A stretch of DNA of 31,548 nucleotides, taken from the IMG/VR virus record IMGVR_UViG_3300020045_003088, positions 1-31,548 of that record. The stretch is one strand, 5' to 3'. The notes beneath the pieces were generated by a model, which saw nothing but the letters and a program-made list of their open reading frames with translations, did no database searches and was not told the DNA's origin. Of this stretch, positions 15,275 through 24,809 are shown piece after piece; the first letter of the stretch is position 1, and each line of letters opens with the position of its first letter. Origin of the DNA: a virus (lineage: Duplodnaviria; Caudoviricetes). Made by a program: the position numbers and the translations under genes.

Positions 15275-17449
15275 TTAAACCATTAGTAGCTTTTTTGCTT
15301 CATTTATGAAATAAGAATAGTCCAAGTCTTTCCAGTTGAAGTCACTGATTGAGTTACAAGTCTTCACATTGTAGTCAGTGTCAATTCCGATCCTTCTGTA
15401 TTCGTCTGAACCTTCCAGTGGTGGCATAACTTTGATCAGCTTTCCACCCTCTTTACTTGGGTAGTACCTGCAAATATTCTGCTGTGGAATTTCTTCATCT
15501 TCAGTCACCAGTATTAGACTAGATGAACGTGGAACTTTAGTCCTCAGTAGAAAGTCGAATTTATCCCTGTGCAATCGAATGAATTCTTCATAGTCAATAC
15601 CATCTACAAGATGCGCCTTTACTGCCTTTGCAATAACCATGGCTGAGTGATTCTTGGCCCATCCTAACTTATCATAGTCAGCGTACTCATACATACCTTT
15701 CAACTTGACTTTACCTTTGTCGGTTACAGATATGTAGTTATTGACGTTGTTAATAAACATTGCACTATAAGTATCTCCTTCCATTTGCAACTGAGTCAAA
15801 GTCTCCCAATCTTTCACACATTGTTCAGATATGGATAATTTATCAGCATCAACAAAGAACTCAAAACCATCAGTATTAGCCATGACGATCTCTGCATCGC
15901 ACTTAATGATTAATTGCTCAATCAACATACTCAGTAGCATCTGACCACCAACTGTAATCGACATAGTGTACTGAGGGTCGTATAAAGGACTATATTCATT
16001 ACCACTGTCACCGTACACACCGTTCAGTGCTAGCTTCAACGCTGCGTTAGCTGCTGACCCCTTGGGTTGCTCTTTACGCATCTTGTAGAGCTTACTATAG
16101 GTCGTACAGAAGGCTTCACCTAAATGTGCTGGAGCAATATTATTCACGATAGCCAAATTAGGGTAGTAACTGGCAACATCGTATGTCTTCAGCGGTCGTT
16201 GATCAGTTCCTTTATGAATACCTGATTTAGCAGTATGGATACCACCAAGACCATAATCATAACGTAGACCATTCACTACAGTATTAAGTGTCTCAGCAAC
16301 CTTCCAGCAACCCCAGTAAGATAACTTAGGTGTTCGCTTCTTCTTTGGTTTACCCTTGGGTTCACCGAACTCGTCAAATACTTGTTCTAATACATGATTA
16401 CCATCTGCATCAAATACGTACTCGGTGGCTTTCAATTCTTCAACATCAACCCAACCTTTATTATGTTCTTTCATGAATTCCACTAAATCAAATTCAGTTG
16501 GTTTACTTTTGAACTTCTTACGCTTAATGACCATTTCCGCATAGTTAGATAGATCACCCAGATCACCCTCGTCAATATCAGAGAACGCTCCTTTTGTTTC
16601 AGTAATTGTTTGCTTCTTAAACCACTCAAGTACAGCTTTGAATTCAGGACGTTGAAACTCCACATAAGAGAATATGCAGTCTTTGATTTGAATGAACTCG
16701 CGCTTAGTTTGATTAATCTTACGACCTCGCTCAGTCTGAGTGTAACATGCTCCGGGTTTCTCTTTCTCGATACTGTTAATAAACAACTGCTTACCAATCT
16801 TAGTATCATTGAAATTAGTACAGTCAAATCCGAATAGATCAGTTAACTCTTCACGTAGATTAAGAGCATCTTTTGAGAAGTTATAGAACTTCAATGTCTC
16901 GGTAACATCGTGCATGTTGTACTTGAGTAATACATCAATTTGACTAGAGTTCAGTTCTGTACCAACAGGGAATGGTAAGTCCTGAATGTTGTCCGATCTC
17001 ATGTTGTACTCTAGCATTTTTAGACTTGTACTACGTGCTCTATTATCAAAGTGATGAATCAAAAATAAATCAACTTCTGGAATAATAACTTCTGAATCTT
17101 TAATCTTAGAACCAAAACGATCATCTCCAGTTTTATTAATCAAACGCATTGCTTCATTGTAGATTTGATTAGCAGTAATCTTCACTGGTTTATTTCGCTT
17201 AAAAGCATCCTTGGCTTTATTCAAAATAAAATGCAGTACAGGGTAATCAAACCCTATATTGTTGAAACCAACTAACCTACACCCTGTTCGTTTTATATTG
17301 CGTAAAAACTCCAACATTTCTGAAATTTGATTTTTACGGTCAGAAATCTCAAATGCAACTCCACCTTTACCGTTCATATAAATTGCAGAAAATGTGAAAA
17401 CATTCGGAAAAGTCTCCAAGTCATAGATGAAGTCTTTGTACTTACCCAT
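15275..17449 (-). CDS. polB: DNA polymerase, family B, with 3'-5' exonuclease domain
   Basis: Exonuclease motifs YDLET, GFNNIGFD, YNMHDV; polymerase motifs YDVASYYPN, KLALNGVYG, ANTDG, KLKG. Confidence 0.92.
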   Translation of the reverse strand: MGKYKDFIYDLETFPNVFTFSAIYMNGKGGVAFEISDRKNQISEMLEFLRNIKRTGCRLVGFNNIGFDYPVLHFILNKAKDAFKRNKPVKITANQIYNEAMRLINKTGDDRFGSKIKDSEVIIPEVDLFLIHHFDNRARSTSLKMLEYNMRSDNIQDLPFPVGTELNSSQIDVLLKYNMHDVTETLKFYNFSKDALNLREELTDLFGFDCTNFNDTKIGKQLFINSIEKEKPGACYTQTERGRKINQTKREFIQIKDCIFSYVEFQRPEFKAVLEWFKKQTITETKGAFSDIDEGDLGDLSNYAEMVIKRKKFKSKPTEFDLVEFMKEHNKGWVDVEELKATEYVFDADGNHVLEQVFDEFGEPKGKPKKKRTPKLSYWGCWKVAETLNTVVNGLRYDYGLGGIHTAKSGIHKGTDQRPLKTYDVASYYPNLAIVNNIAPAHLGEAFCTTYSKLYKMRKEQPKGSAANAALKLALNGVYGDSGNEYSPLYDPQYTMSITVGGQMLLSMLIEQLIIKCDAEIVMANTDGFEFFVDADKLSISEQCVKDWETLTQLQMEGDTYSAMFINNVNNYISVTDKGKVKLKGMYEYADYDKLGWAKNHSAMVIAKAVKAHLVDGIDYEEFIRLHRDKFDFLLRTKVPRSSSLILVTEDEEIPQQNICRYYPSKEGGKLIKVMPPLEGSDEYRRIGIDTDYNVKTCNSISDFNWKDLDYSYFINEAKKLLMV

Positions 17450-17485
17450 ATTTCTCCTTTAGTTAAGAATGCATTCTACCATAAG

Positions 17486-17508
17486 AAAAGCCCACCAAAG
17501 TGGGCTTT
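17486..17508 (-). terminator. Rho-independent terminator
   Basis: AAAGCCCAC-caaa-GTGGGCTTT; immediately followed on the - strand by a TGgTAGAAT promoter motif (17473-17481) for polB. Confidence 0.7.
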
Positions 17509-17510
17509 GT

Positions 17511-18083
17511 TTAAACTTTTGTTGATTTATAGCTTTCTTGAACTTGTAACTCATTAAGTTTTTGAAATGCCATATCAGAAAGCAATGCTTTGTATTTTAC
17601 GGCTAACTCTTTAAGATACGCTTCTTTTGCTTCTTTATACGCAAGAAAACACTTAAATGGATTGTCACTAGACAATAAATGAATACTTCTACGTTTACCA
17701 TTTATATCATTTCTTGAATACTGAGCAATATATCTATTAGTTTGAGATTTAAATGATACTCCGGGAAATAGTTTATTAGTACCCATGTCAAAATGTAAAG
17801 CTGAGTTGATCTCATTAGGTAAGAAGCAGCAATTTTCAGAAGAATATAAGTTACTAAAATTAGATACTAAATCTTTATCTAGTTGCCAACCCTCTACATA
17901 GTTATCTGAAAACCAATTATTGAAAATACTCAATGTCAACCATTCGCTATCCATTTGAGTATTCCTATACGTTGGTTTTGCTTTTTTATAAACCTCACTG
18001 TAACATCTCCTAATCATACTATGCCAAGTACTATAAGATTTACTTGTACTTGGCATATCTGATATACCTTTGTTAAAAACCAT
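17511..18083 (-). CDS. Free-standing HNH-family homing endonuclease
   Basis: YSTWHSMIRRCY...F.NWF...WQLDKDL...YSSENCCFLPNEIN...PGV...AYKEAKE; lies between helicase and polymerase; AT-rich. Confidence 0.8.
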   Translation of the reverse strand: MVFNKGISDMPSTSKSYSTWHSMIRRCYSEVYKKAKPTYRNTQMDSEWLTLSIFNNWFSDNYVEGWQLDKDLVSNFSNLYSSENCCFLPNEINSALHFDMGTNKLFPGVSFKSQTNRYIAQYSRNDINGKRRSIHLLSSDNPFKCFLAYKEAKEAYLKELAVKYKALLSDMAFQKLNELQVQESYKSTKV

Positions 18084-18092
18084 TATTACTCC

Positions 18093-19862
18093 TTAAAAAT
18101 CAATTACAACTGAGGAATTGTCTGCGGATTGCTTCTGTTGCTCAATAGTACCCACCGTCTGTTCAATGTAAGGGTTAGATGTCGCCATCATGTGTGTAGT
18201 TTTATGATCATAAGCTAACCATCCAGCATCACCCGTATTACCAGTCCTTCTGCACTTTACTAACTGGATTTTTGTACTTGACTTTTTAATTGGACAAATA
18301 TTAAGTTTATCCCTTGACAGCAGAATAGTATTAAAAGCAATTTGATTAATACTTGAACTACCCATAAGTTGATATTCACTAACAGCGTGAGGGTTATCTT
18401 CTGATGGTTTTTTCATGTGTGATACTGCAACAATACATGTATTTGTCTCTTTTGCAAATTTCAACAATGTATCCATAAAGTTAATAATTGCGGCGTTATC
18501 ACTACTATTAACACCACATTGGATAGGGTCAATCATTATCACATCACACCCTTCTGCTTTAGCTAAGTAATTCAGTTTATCAAAAATCTCTTCAGTACCA
18601 ATACTACCCTGATGGTCAACATAAACAAATTGATTTTTCTTAACTAAACCCTCTGTAAATTTATGCTTAAGTGAAGACATATCTAAAGTGCTTCGATCAA
18701 CAGTCCTGAGATTGATTCCTAAATCAAGTGAGAGTAAATCGCGTACTACTTCTCGTTTTGTACTTTCAAGATACATAGCGCCAACTTTGAAGCTAGTGTT
18801 TTCAATAAGGTGATACACAATGTTAGAGATAATAGTTGATTTACCAATTGATGTCAATGCACCAACCACTGTAATTTCCCCGCGTTCCATTCCTCCGTTG
18901 ATCATTTCGTTCAGATGACTCCAAGCTGGTGGAAATGGAATTTTAACATTAGAATCCTCTTGTTCAAAGTCATCCCACATTTGTTCTAAGTGCAACACAT
19001 CTACTCGACTAAAAGGTTCAGCTTTCCAGAATACTTGTTTTAATTCAGAAATACGACCTTCTTTCAACAGATCACTTGCATCCTTAGCATCCTTTGGAAA
19101 CTTGGCAATAAACGCTTTACCATGAGGTAGAAGTCTAGCAGCCTCTTCCATGTATCGCTGACCGGGTTCATCATTATCGAATGCTAAGATAATCTTTTCG
19201 TGAGAACACAGATACTCATAGTTCGCTTTGAACTGTTTAATAATACTACCATCACCAGCAGTAACTGATACACAAGGCGTCCAGTATTCAGTATTATCTT
19301 TACCTGAACGTAGGACTTCAGCAAAGCTCATTGCATCTTCTTCACCCGTAGTGACAACTAAGTACTTATTAGATGAAGGAAATGCACTCTGACCAAAGAA
19401 TTCATTAGTTGCTTTCGTGTTACCAATACCAATAAATGTCTTTGGTGTTGTTCGTTTTTTATATCCGACAATTTTACCATCAGCAGTAATTGGATAATGT
19501 CGAGATACAACATCGTACTTATTTTCAAGTTCAGTGCGTACTCCGTACTTTGCAGAAACAATACTTGTAATTCCACGGTCTTTCCAACCGCGACAATCCA
19601 GTGCTTCAATTGAACTAAAATCAACTGGTTCTTTTTCGGTGTACTTCTGTTCGGGTTCTTGCATTTTTACTCCATGTTCTTCAAGTTTAGATTGGTGAAA
19701 ATAACTATGACAACTCCAGCAATACGCATCAATTGTTGTCTCTTTATCTTCATGTGGTTTGGCATAAACTGCCATAGCATCACTACTATTACAGTTATCT
19801 CCAATGCAAGCAGTGTGATATAAAAGCTCACCTTCAGTTTGATTTTTACTGAACTTACTCAT
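18093..19862 (-). CDS. DNA primase-helicase (T7 gp4-like)
   Basis: Zn domain C...CNSSDA...CWSC; TOPRIM TGEEDAM...AFDNDEPG...KDASD; SF4 helicase GALTSIGKST, YLE, MIDP, VSH, LMGSSSINQ, KCR. Confidence 0.92.
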   Translation of the reverse strand: MSKFSKNQTEGELLYHTACIGDNCNSSDAMAVYAKPHEDKETTIDAYCWSCHSYFHQSKLEEHGVKMQEPEQKYTEKEPVDFSSIEALDCRGWKDRGITSIVSAKYGVRTELENKYDVVSRHYPITADGKIVGYKKRTTPKTFIGIGNTKATNEFFGQSAFPSSNKYLVVTTGEEDAMSFAEVLRSGKDNTEYWTPCVSVTAGDGSIIKQFKANYEYLCSHEKIILAFDNDEPGQRYMEEAARLLPHGKAFIAKFPKDAKDASDLLKEGRISELKQVFWKAEPFSRVDVLHLEQMWDDFEQEDSNVKIPFPPAWSHLNEMINGGMERGEITVVGALTSIGKSTIISNIVYHLIENTSFKVGAMYLESTKREVVRDLLSLDLGINLRTVDRSTLDMSSLKHKFTEGLVKKNQFVYVDHQGSIGTEEIFDKLNYLAKAEGCDVIMIDPIQCGVNSSDNAAIINFMDTLLKFAKETNTCIVAVSHMKKPSEDNPHAVSEYQLMGSSSINQIAFNTILLSRDKLNICPIKKSSTKIQLVKCRRTGNTGDAGWLAYDHKTTHMMATSNPYIEQTVGTIEQQKQSADNSSVVIDF

Positions 19863-19871
19863 TAGTCCTCC

Positions 19872-20189
19872 TTAAATTGCACTGTATTCCACCACTGGTT
19901 CAAATCCTTTATCTACAATAGAGGCCCATGATCCGTTCATAAAGGCCCGCCCTTGTAGACAATCCTTAATCCAATAAGCAACATCTTCTAGTGTTTCTAC
20001 TGTAGCTTCGTTATTGTAACGCATACGCAATAAGTACTTATCATTTTCATAGTACAGATAAGCGTGGGACTTCATTCCTGTCTGTAAGTCCAAATAAATA
20101 CCTTCATTGTTTGAACCCAAGTAAAATACTAGACCTTCTTTGAGCATAATCTGTATTAAATTCTTGGGCATTTTGTCTAGAATATTCAT
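19872..20189 (-). CDS. Hypothetical protein
   Basis: 105 aa; AAGGA RBS. Confidence 0.7.
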   Translation of the reverse strand: MNILDKMPKNLIQIMLKEGLVFYLGSNNEGIYLDLQTGMKSHAYLYYENDKYLLRMRYNNEATVETLEDVAYWIKDCLQGRAFMNGSWASIVDKGFEPVVEYSAI

Positions 20190-20284
20190 TTAGTTCCTTG
20201 ATGTGTAAAGCATATAAATGCTTCTTTAATTAAAACTAGAGTATACATCAGTTAACCCTTCTTGATGGGGGTAAGAGGCACCGA

Positions 20285-20860
20285 TTATTTTGAAAATGAA
20301 ATATAACCTTCTTTTTCTAATTCTTGAATTCTACTGTCTCTCCACTCTTTTGCTAAAATAAAAGCAGTGCATTCTCCAAATTTTGATACTGAGAATAATT
20401 TCCTATCTAGTTTACCATTTACAGTAACACAACCAACGTAGTAGACATATTCAATAGTCTTGTCTTTGTTAAAAGAACACATACGATGTACCCCATTACA
20501 GCCAGTAGTATTGCTTTTAGAAACTTTATTGTACAGTATAAGACTAGTTCTTTGATTATTTTCTTTGATAGAACACAACTCAAGATTCTCAATTCTGTTG
20601 TCTAGAGGATTACAATTTATATGGTTTACGACTAAACTGCTATCAATACTTTTAAAATGTAAGCACCAGATAACTCGATGAGCTAAATAGTGCTTTCTCT
20701 TGTATAGTACATCCCAGTATCTTTTATTGTAAGAAACTGAACCAGCAGAATCGCCTACTCTAATATGATATGCAGGTTGGATTTTCCATAAAAGACAACT
20801 GGGACTTCTTTCATCGTAAGATAAGATACTAGAAAAGTCAATTACATTGTATTTACTCAT
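20285..20860 (-). CDS. Free-standing HNH homing endonuclease with AP2-like domain
   Basis: AHRVIW...VNHINCNPLDNRIENL...N; SNTTGCNGV...KLFSVSKFG; paralogous to 7084-7656. Confidence 0.88.
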   Translation of the reverse strand: MSKYNVIDFSSILSYDERSPSCLLWKIQPAYHIRVGDSAGSVSYNKRYWDVLYKRKHYLAHRVIWCLHFKSIDSSLVVNHINCNPLDNRIENLELCSIKENNQRTSLILYNKVSKSNTTGCNGVHRMCSFNKDKTIEYVYYVGCVTVNGKLDRKLFSVSKFGECTAFILAKEWRDSRIQELEKEGYISFSK

Positions 20861-21246
20861 TAATAATTCCCATTATAAATAAATACGTAATTAGCATCAT
20901 CTTCGTATGCTTTCAAAATATCATCCGTTATAGTAGAAAGCTGTTCGTACTTTAATTCTGTCATTGAGCCCCAGAAAAATCCATCAGCCCCTTCTAAATT
21001 ACCCAAGTCCAGTCGTCGTCGTAACTCTCTGACTATGCTCTGTGTTAGATGAAGGTTGCAACCATTGAACTCTTTATCTGTACCTCCGAAAGCCCAGTAG
21101 AATTCTCCACAAAAGGAATGCAAAGCTGAGTTCTTACGGAAGTACGCGAACTCCTCTACTTTGTATTTATTGGAATCTAAATTGAAATCAACAAATGCTT
21201 TAACTGCTTCCTTATGTACACGATAAATATAACTATCTAGTCCCAT
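20860..21246 (-). CDS. Conserved phage protein (MGLD...YFRK...GFFWG type)
   Basis: MGLDSY, AYFRKNSALH and GFFWG motifs; AAGGAG RBS. Confidence 0.65.
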   Translation of the reverse strand: MGLDSYIYRVHKEAVKAFVDFNLDSNKYKVEEFAYFRKNSALHSFCGEFYWAFGGTDKEFNGCNLHLTQSIVRELRRRLDLGNLEGADGFFWGSMTELKYEQLSTITDDILKAYEDDANYVFIYNGNY

Positions 21247-21256
21247 AGTAATCTCC

Positions 21257-21676
21257 TTAATCTTTAGTGGTTTCTTCTACGGTAATTCCGTGTTGCTTCC
21301 TGAATTGTATCTCATTTAAGAACAATTCCTTGATGTGAGCAGGAATATGATTCTGAGTCTCTATGATTGCTTGAATGTGCGAATCTCCGAGCTTAAACAA
21401 AGGAATCCATACTTTCTCACTGCGGTAATCATTCAAGAAGGAACCCCAACAGAAGAACATGCGAATCTCTGCGTGTTCATCGTCAGTGTATAGACAAAGG
21501 CTTGTAAGCTCACCAGATACACGACTGTAAACTGTACCACCATCAACTGCCGAATATTCGTTGTTAGCATCTACGTGGTCAACGTAGTCATAACGGTGCT
21601 TTGATTGAAGGATGTAACCGTCTTTGCACAGCCAACGGTTTACAAGGAGTTTTGGAGAAGCATCTTCATTACTCAT
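21257..21676 (-). CDS. Conserved phage protein (S.HR.DY...AVDGG type)
   Basis: QSKHRYDYV...AVDGG...WG...HIQAIIETQ. Confidence 0.65.
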   Translation of the reverse strand: MSNEDASPKLLVNRWLCKDGYILQSKHRYDYVDHVDANNEYSAVDGGTVYSRVSGELTSLCLYTDDEHAEIRMFFCWGSFLNDYRSEKVWIPLFKLGDSHIQAIIETQNHIPAHIKELFLNEIQFRKQHGITVEETTKD

Positions 21677-21861
21677 GCTAGTTCCTCAATGCTATTGTAA
21701 TTGTTATAGTCATCTGAACCAAAGTACAAAACGCAGTAATCATCACTCATATGTTTCATTAAATCTGCCTCATAACGATAGCAGTTAGTTCCGTCAGACC
21801 AAAGGAAAATGTCCTCATCGTCTTTATTCCGGCTAGTACTATCTTTCATAGCTTCACTCAT
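21673..21861 (-). CDS. Hypothetical protein
   Basis: 62 aa; ATGA overlaps at both ends. Confidence 0.65.
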   Translation of the reverse strand: MSEAMKDSTSRNKDDEDIFLWSDGTNCYRYEADLMKHMSDDYCVLYFGSDDYNNYNSIEELA

Positions 21862-22265
21862 TTCTTATCCTTTACTTTAAGTTGTTTCTTAGATGCACTA
21901 TCAGCTAACCGTTCGCTAATTCTAGCACGGTTTAACGCCAATGCAGTATCAGTTACCTTGTAATCCCAAAATAAACTCCGATCAATTCCTCGTTCTAGTT
22001 CAGCTTGCTCTACGCGATTACAGACGTAGCCTCGATTTTTCATTTCGGTACAAAGGGAGTTGTACCGTTCGGTGATATACTTGAGCTTGTCGTAGAAATA
22101 CAACACATGACCCGTGCCTAACGTGTACTCATTCGGAATCTTCTTCTTGTGAATCTCGTACTGAGCTTTACGTGCTAAACCAAAGATGCGCGTGATTTCG
22201 TGTACCTCTGCGACAAGATGCTTGCCAGTCAATTCCGAAGGTTGTACTACGTTGATACGAGTCAT
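21858..22265 (-). CDS. denV: Pyrimidine dimer DNA glycosylase / endonuclease V
   Basis: MTRIN (catalytic Thr2)...HLVAE..EITR...YTLGTGHVLYFYDKL...EMKNRGY. Confidence 0.92.
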   Translation of the reverse strand: MTRINVVQPSELTGKHLVAEVHEITRIFGLARKAQYEIHKKKIPNEYTLGTGHVLYFYDKLKYITERYNSLCTEMKNRGYVCNRVEQAELERGIDRSLFWDYKVTDTALALNRARISERLADSASKKQLKVKDKK

Positions 22266-22281
22266 TTTATCTCCTAGTTAA

Positions 22282-23166
22282 TCAAAGATCAATCTTATCA
22301 CGAATTCCCTTGAAAACTGGGAAACGTGGGGTTTCATAGCCGCCAACATCGAAATATTTAACGGTAGCTAACTTACCTACCAAACTGCCCCGCACAGCCC
22401 ACAGTTCATCCCGAGTTTTATCATCAAAACCACTACCACAACCGAACTCTTTACCTTCAGGTGTACGCAGATACAACACTCCCAATGTATCCAGTGCCAC
22501 CATACCTTCTTTACTGGTTGAACGTGCGGTGCGACCAAGCTCATTGAGCTTAGCTTCATTCGAGTTATGGTACTTACAATCGTATCCGACAATTTCATAG
22601 TCAGAATCTTCAAACAATTTCATTTTCAGTAGCAAACCTTCCTTAACGCTAGACCTACCGAACTTGTACTTACCTTTAACCTTCTTCACCATCGCGCCCT
22701 CGTAGCCCAAATCCACAGCAACCGTCCTATAAGCCTCCAATTCAGCTTCAGACTGTACCAAAGTCTGTTCTAGTACTTGTACCCTAGGAATCACCGGAAG
22801 AGCCTCCAGCGCCTTCTGACGTTCTTCTGCTGGCGCTGTAACATGTACCTGATCGAAAGCAAAGAACTGGAACTCACCTACTTTATCAATCGACATCACA
22901 AAGCTCGTTGTATCACGAAAGACTGCCTCAGACGTAGGTGAACCCACAATGAACTCACCATCAAGTCCTTCAAGACAAGCTGCATTTTCCTTAGCCCATT
23001 TCTGAATTGACAAGTTAGGAATCAGCTTAAGACTACGTGAGTACGCTACTCCGTTGAAAATCGTGCTTCTAATTCCATCTAATTTTTTACTCACATACAG
23101 AGGATAACTAAGACTACTCAAGTCGTCAATCTGTGTGGCTAACATGGGCTTATATCCTTGAATCAT
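22282..23166 (-). CDS. lig: ATP-dependent DNA ligase
   Basis: KPMLA, KLDGIR (motif I), LDGE, FD, YEGAMVK, LLKMK, GSGF, RFPVF. Start moved to MIQGY (ATG at 23166, AAAGGT RBS). Confidence 0.92.
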   Translation of the reverse strand: MIQGYKPMLATQIDDLSSLSYPLYVSKKLDGIRSTIFNGVAYSRSLKLIPNLSIQKWAKENAACLEGLDGEFIVGSPTSEAVFRDTTSFVMSIDKVGEFQFFAFDQVHVTAPAEERQKALEALPVIPRVQVLEQTLVQSEAELEAYRTVAVDLGYEGAMVKKVKGKYKFGRSSVKEGLLLKMKLFEDSDYEIVGYDCKYHNSNEAKLNELGRTARSTSKEGMVALDTLGVLYLRTPEGKEFGCGSGFDDKTRDELWAVRGSLVGKLATVKYFDVGGYETPRFPVFKGIRDKIDL

Positions 23167-23220
23167 ATTTACCTTTCGTTTAAAATTAGAGTATACCTCA
23201 AATGAAGTCTCAGAAACAAC

Positions 23221-23253
23221 AAAAGCCCAACATCCGTTAGAACATTGGGCTTT
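23221..23253. terminator. Hairpin / probable terminator
   Basis: Stem AAAGCCCAA (23222-23230)/TTGGGCTTT (23245-23253) between ORF 23258 and the ligase. Confidence 0.55.
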
Positions 23254-23257
23254 CTTT

Positions 23258-23548
23258 TCAGTCACTATCGTGATAGAGGTGTACTTTATCTTCCGTAACA
23301 CCGTGCATTCTCTCCGCGAATATTACACCTTGAACGAATGAGTGAAAACTGGAGTCAAGCTGTGTATCCGCTATACCTTCCTTTTTGAAGAACTCAGCTT
23401 CAATCACTTCATAATCCAGTGGATTACACTCCAGAACAGCGTCGTCAAGTCTGGAGATAAAGCCAGCAGTACACTCTTGGTCTTTCCACTTGGGTGAATT
23501 CCACCGTGCAATCAAGGATATAGCAGCTTGTTTAAGGTTCATAGTCAC
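23258..23548 (-). CDS. Hypothetical protein
   Basis: 96-aa ORF; GGAGG RBS. Confidence 0.6.
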   Translation of the reverse strand: MTMNLKQAAISLIARWNSPKWKDQECTAGFISRLDDAVLECNPLDYEVIEAEFFKKEGIADTQLDSSFHSFVQGVIFAERMHGVTEDKVHLYHDSD

Positions 23549-23826
23549 TGCCTCCCATCCGTAAACCCAAGATCATACGCCCAGAGAATTGCCCGTATAA
23601 CCTCTTCTTTGTTGTACTGTCCATGTAACCCTTGGTACAACCCACGTAGAATTATGTCGATATCATGAAGACGCATCTTGAGCCTTTGGATCGGTTGAAA
23701 GAACATGAATCAAACGATTAATCGAATCAATAACTAGCTGTTGATTCTGCAATCCAAGATCGTCCCACTGTCGGGAATCACCCGTTTTAGCCCTGATAGA
23801 ATCCCAGTATTTAATCACATCAAAAT

Positions 23827-24009
23827 TCATTGTTCACCTCTCTTGAGTTTACGTTGCTCTTGGTAGTTATTCTTGGATTTAATCCGTTTCTTATCAGAAG
23901 GTTCATACTGCTCTTTAGCTGGCGCTGGAGTTTTCTCTTTGTCCTGCGAGTAAACCCGTCCGCTGTACATATAGAATTCCTCTGCGTCATCTGTGAATTG
24001 AATCTTCAT
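23827..24009 (-). CDS. Hypothetical protein
   Basis: 60 aa; ATGA overlaps. Confidence 0.6.
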   Translation of the reverse strand: MKIQFTDDAEEFYMYSGRVYSQDKEKTPAPAKEQYEPSDKKRIKSKNNYQEQRKLKRGEQ

Positions 24010-24221
24010 TCCTGATCTCCTGATTCATTCAAGATTTCTACCATTAGGGCTGCATTCTCAAAGTCCAGATCAACTTGGACTGTAGCCAGTAGTTCTCCTT
24101 TACGGTCTACTGCCACTACATTGAACTTCTGGAAGCTCGTAGGACTACGTGTGATCGTGTATGCATGAACGTACAGTGTATTTGACTGAGTATCTTGAAT
24201 TGACTGGGCTGAATTTTGCAT
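24006..24221 (-). CDS. Hypothetical protein
   Basis: 71 aa, in the - strand gene run. Confidence 0.55.
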   Translation of the reverse strand: MQNSAQSIQDTQSNTLYVHAYTITRSPTSFQKFNVVAVDRKGELLATVQVDLDFENAALMVEILNESGDQE

Positions 24222-24244
24222 ATGTTCTTTCTGTATAGGGTGAA

Positions 24245-24427
24245 TTAATTACTGAAGTAAGAGTCTGTATTGTAACCCGAATATTCCTTGTTTTGTATCT
24301 TGTATTCAACACCGATTGAACTTTTGGCTTCACGTTCGTCTTCTTTGGTGTTGAAGTACAGATAATCCTCAAGAGGAATCTCTCGTGATAGATTATTAAG
24401 TGGAACTTTATTGGACTTCACTTTCAT
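24245..24427 (-). CDS. Hypothetical protein
   Basis: 60 aa; TAATG coupling to the upstream ORF. Confidence 0.55.
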   Translation of the reverse strand: MKVKSNKVPLNNLSREIPLEDYLYFNTKEDEREAKSSIGVEYKIQNKEYSGYNTDSYFSN

Positions 24428-24705
24428 TATACTTCCCTTTTCTTACTATTATCAAATACCTGTAAATATCTCTCACCTTGACAGTTATAAACAAGAAGCA
24501 TGGTTAAGTCATCTGTACGATATACTGCACGTACTTCGTTTGAATACTCTGATTGATTATTCTCATAAGCTCCCCAATGTACTTCATTGTCATCAATACT
24601 CCAGTACACAGTAGTTTCATCTTCAATTCCGTAGTCGTAACCCGTGTATTTGAAATGAGCATAAAAACGTACCTTAGCTAGGTTGTATTCTTCAATTGCA
24701 TTCAT
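24427..24705 (-). CDS. Hypothetical protein
   Basis: Probable ATG start at MNAIEEY. Confidence 0.6.
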   Translation of the reverse strand: MNAIEEYNLAKVRFYAHFKYTGYDYGIEDETTVYWSIDDNEVHWGAYENNQSEYSNEVRAVYRTDDLTMLLVYNCQGERYLQVFDNSKKREV

Positions 24706-24809
24706 TTTAATAATTCCCAATCTTAATAATACGATAGCGTTTTCCGTTCACTGTCAAGTACAACCCTGCGTACTTATACAGGGTAGGTGTTTGCCAATTG
24801 AATCTAATC

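Noticed and set aside
23167-23301. N-terminal extension of the DNA ligase as given in the ORF track
   Set aside because: It runs through a terminator-like hairpin and a promoter-like box and overlaps the upstream gene. A good RBS precedes the ATG at 23166.
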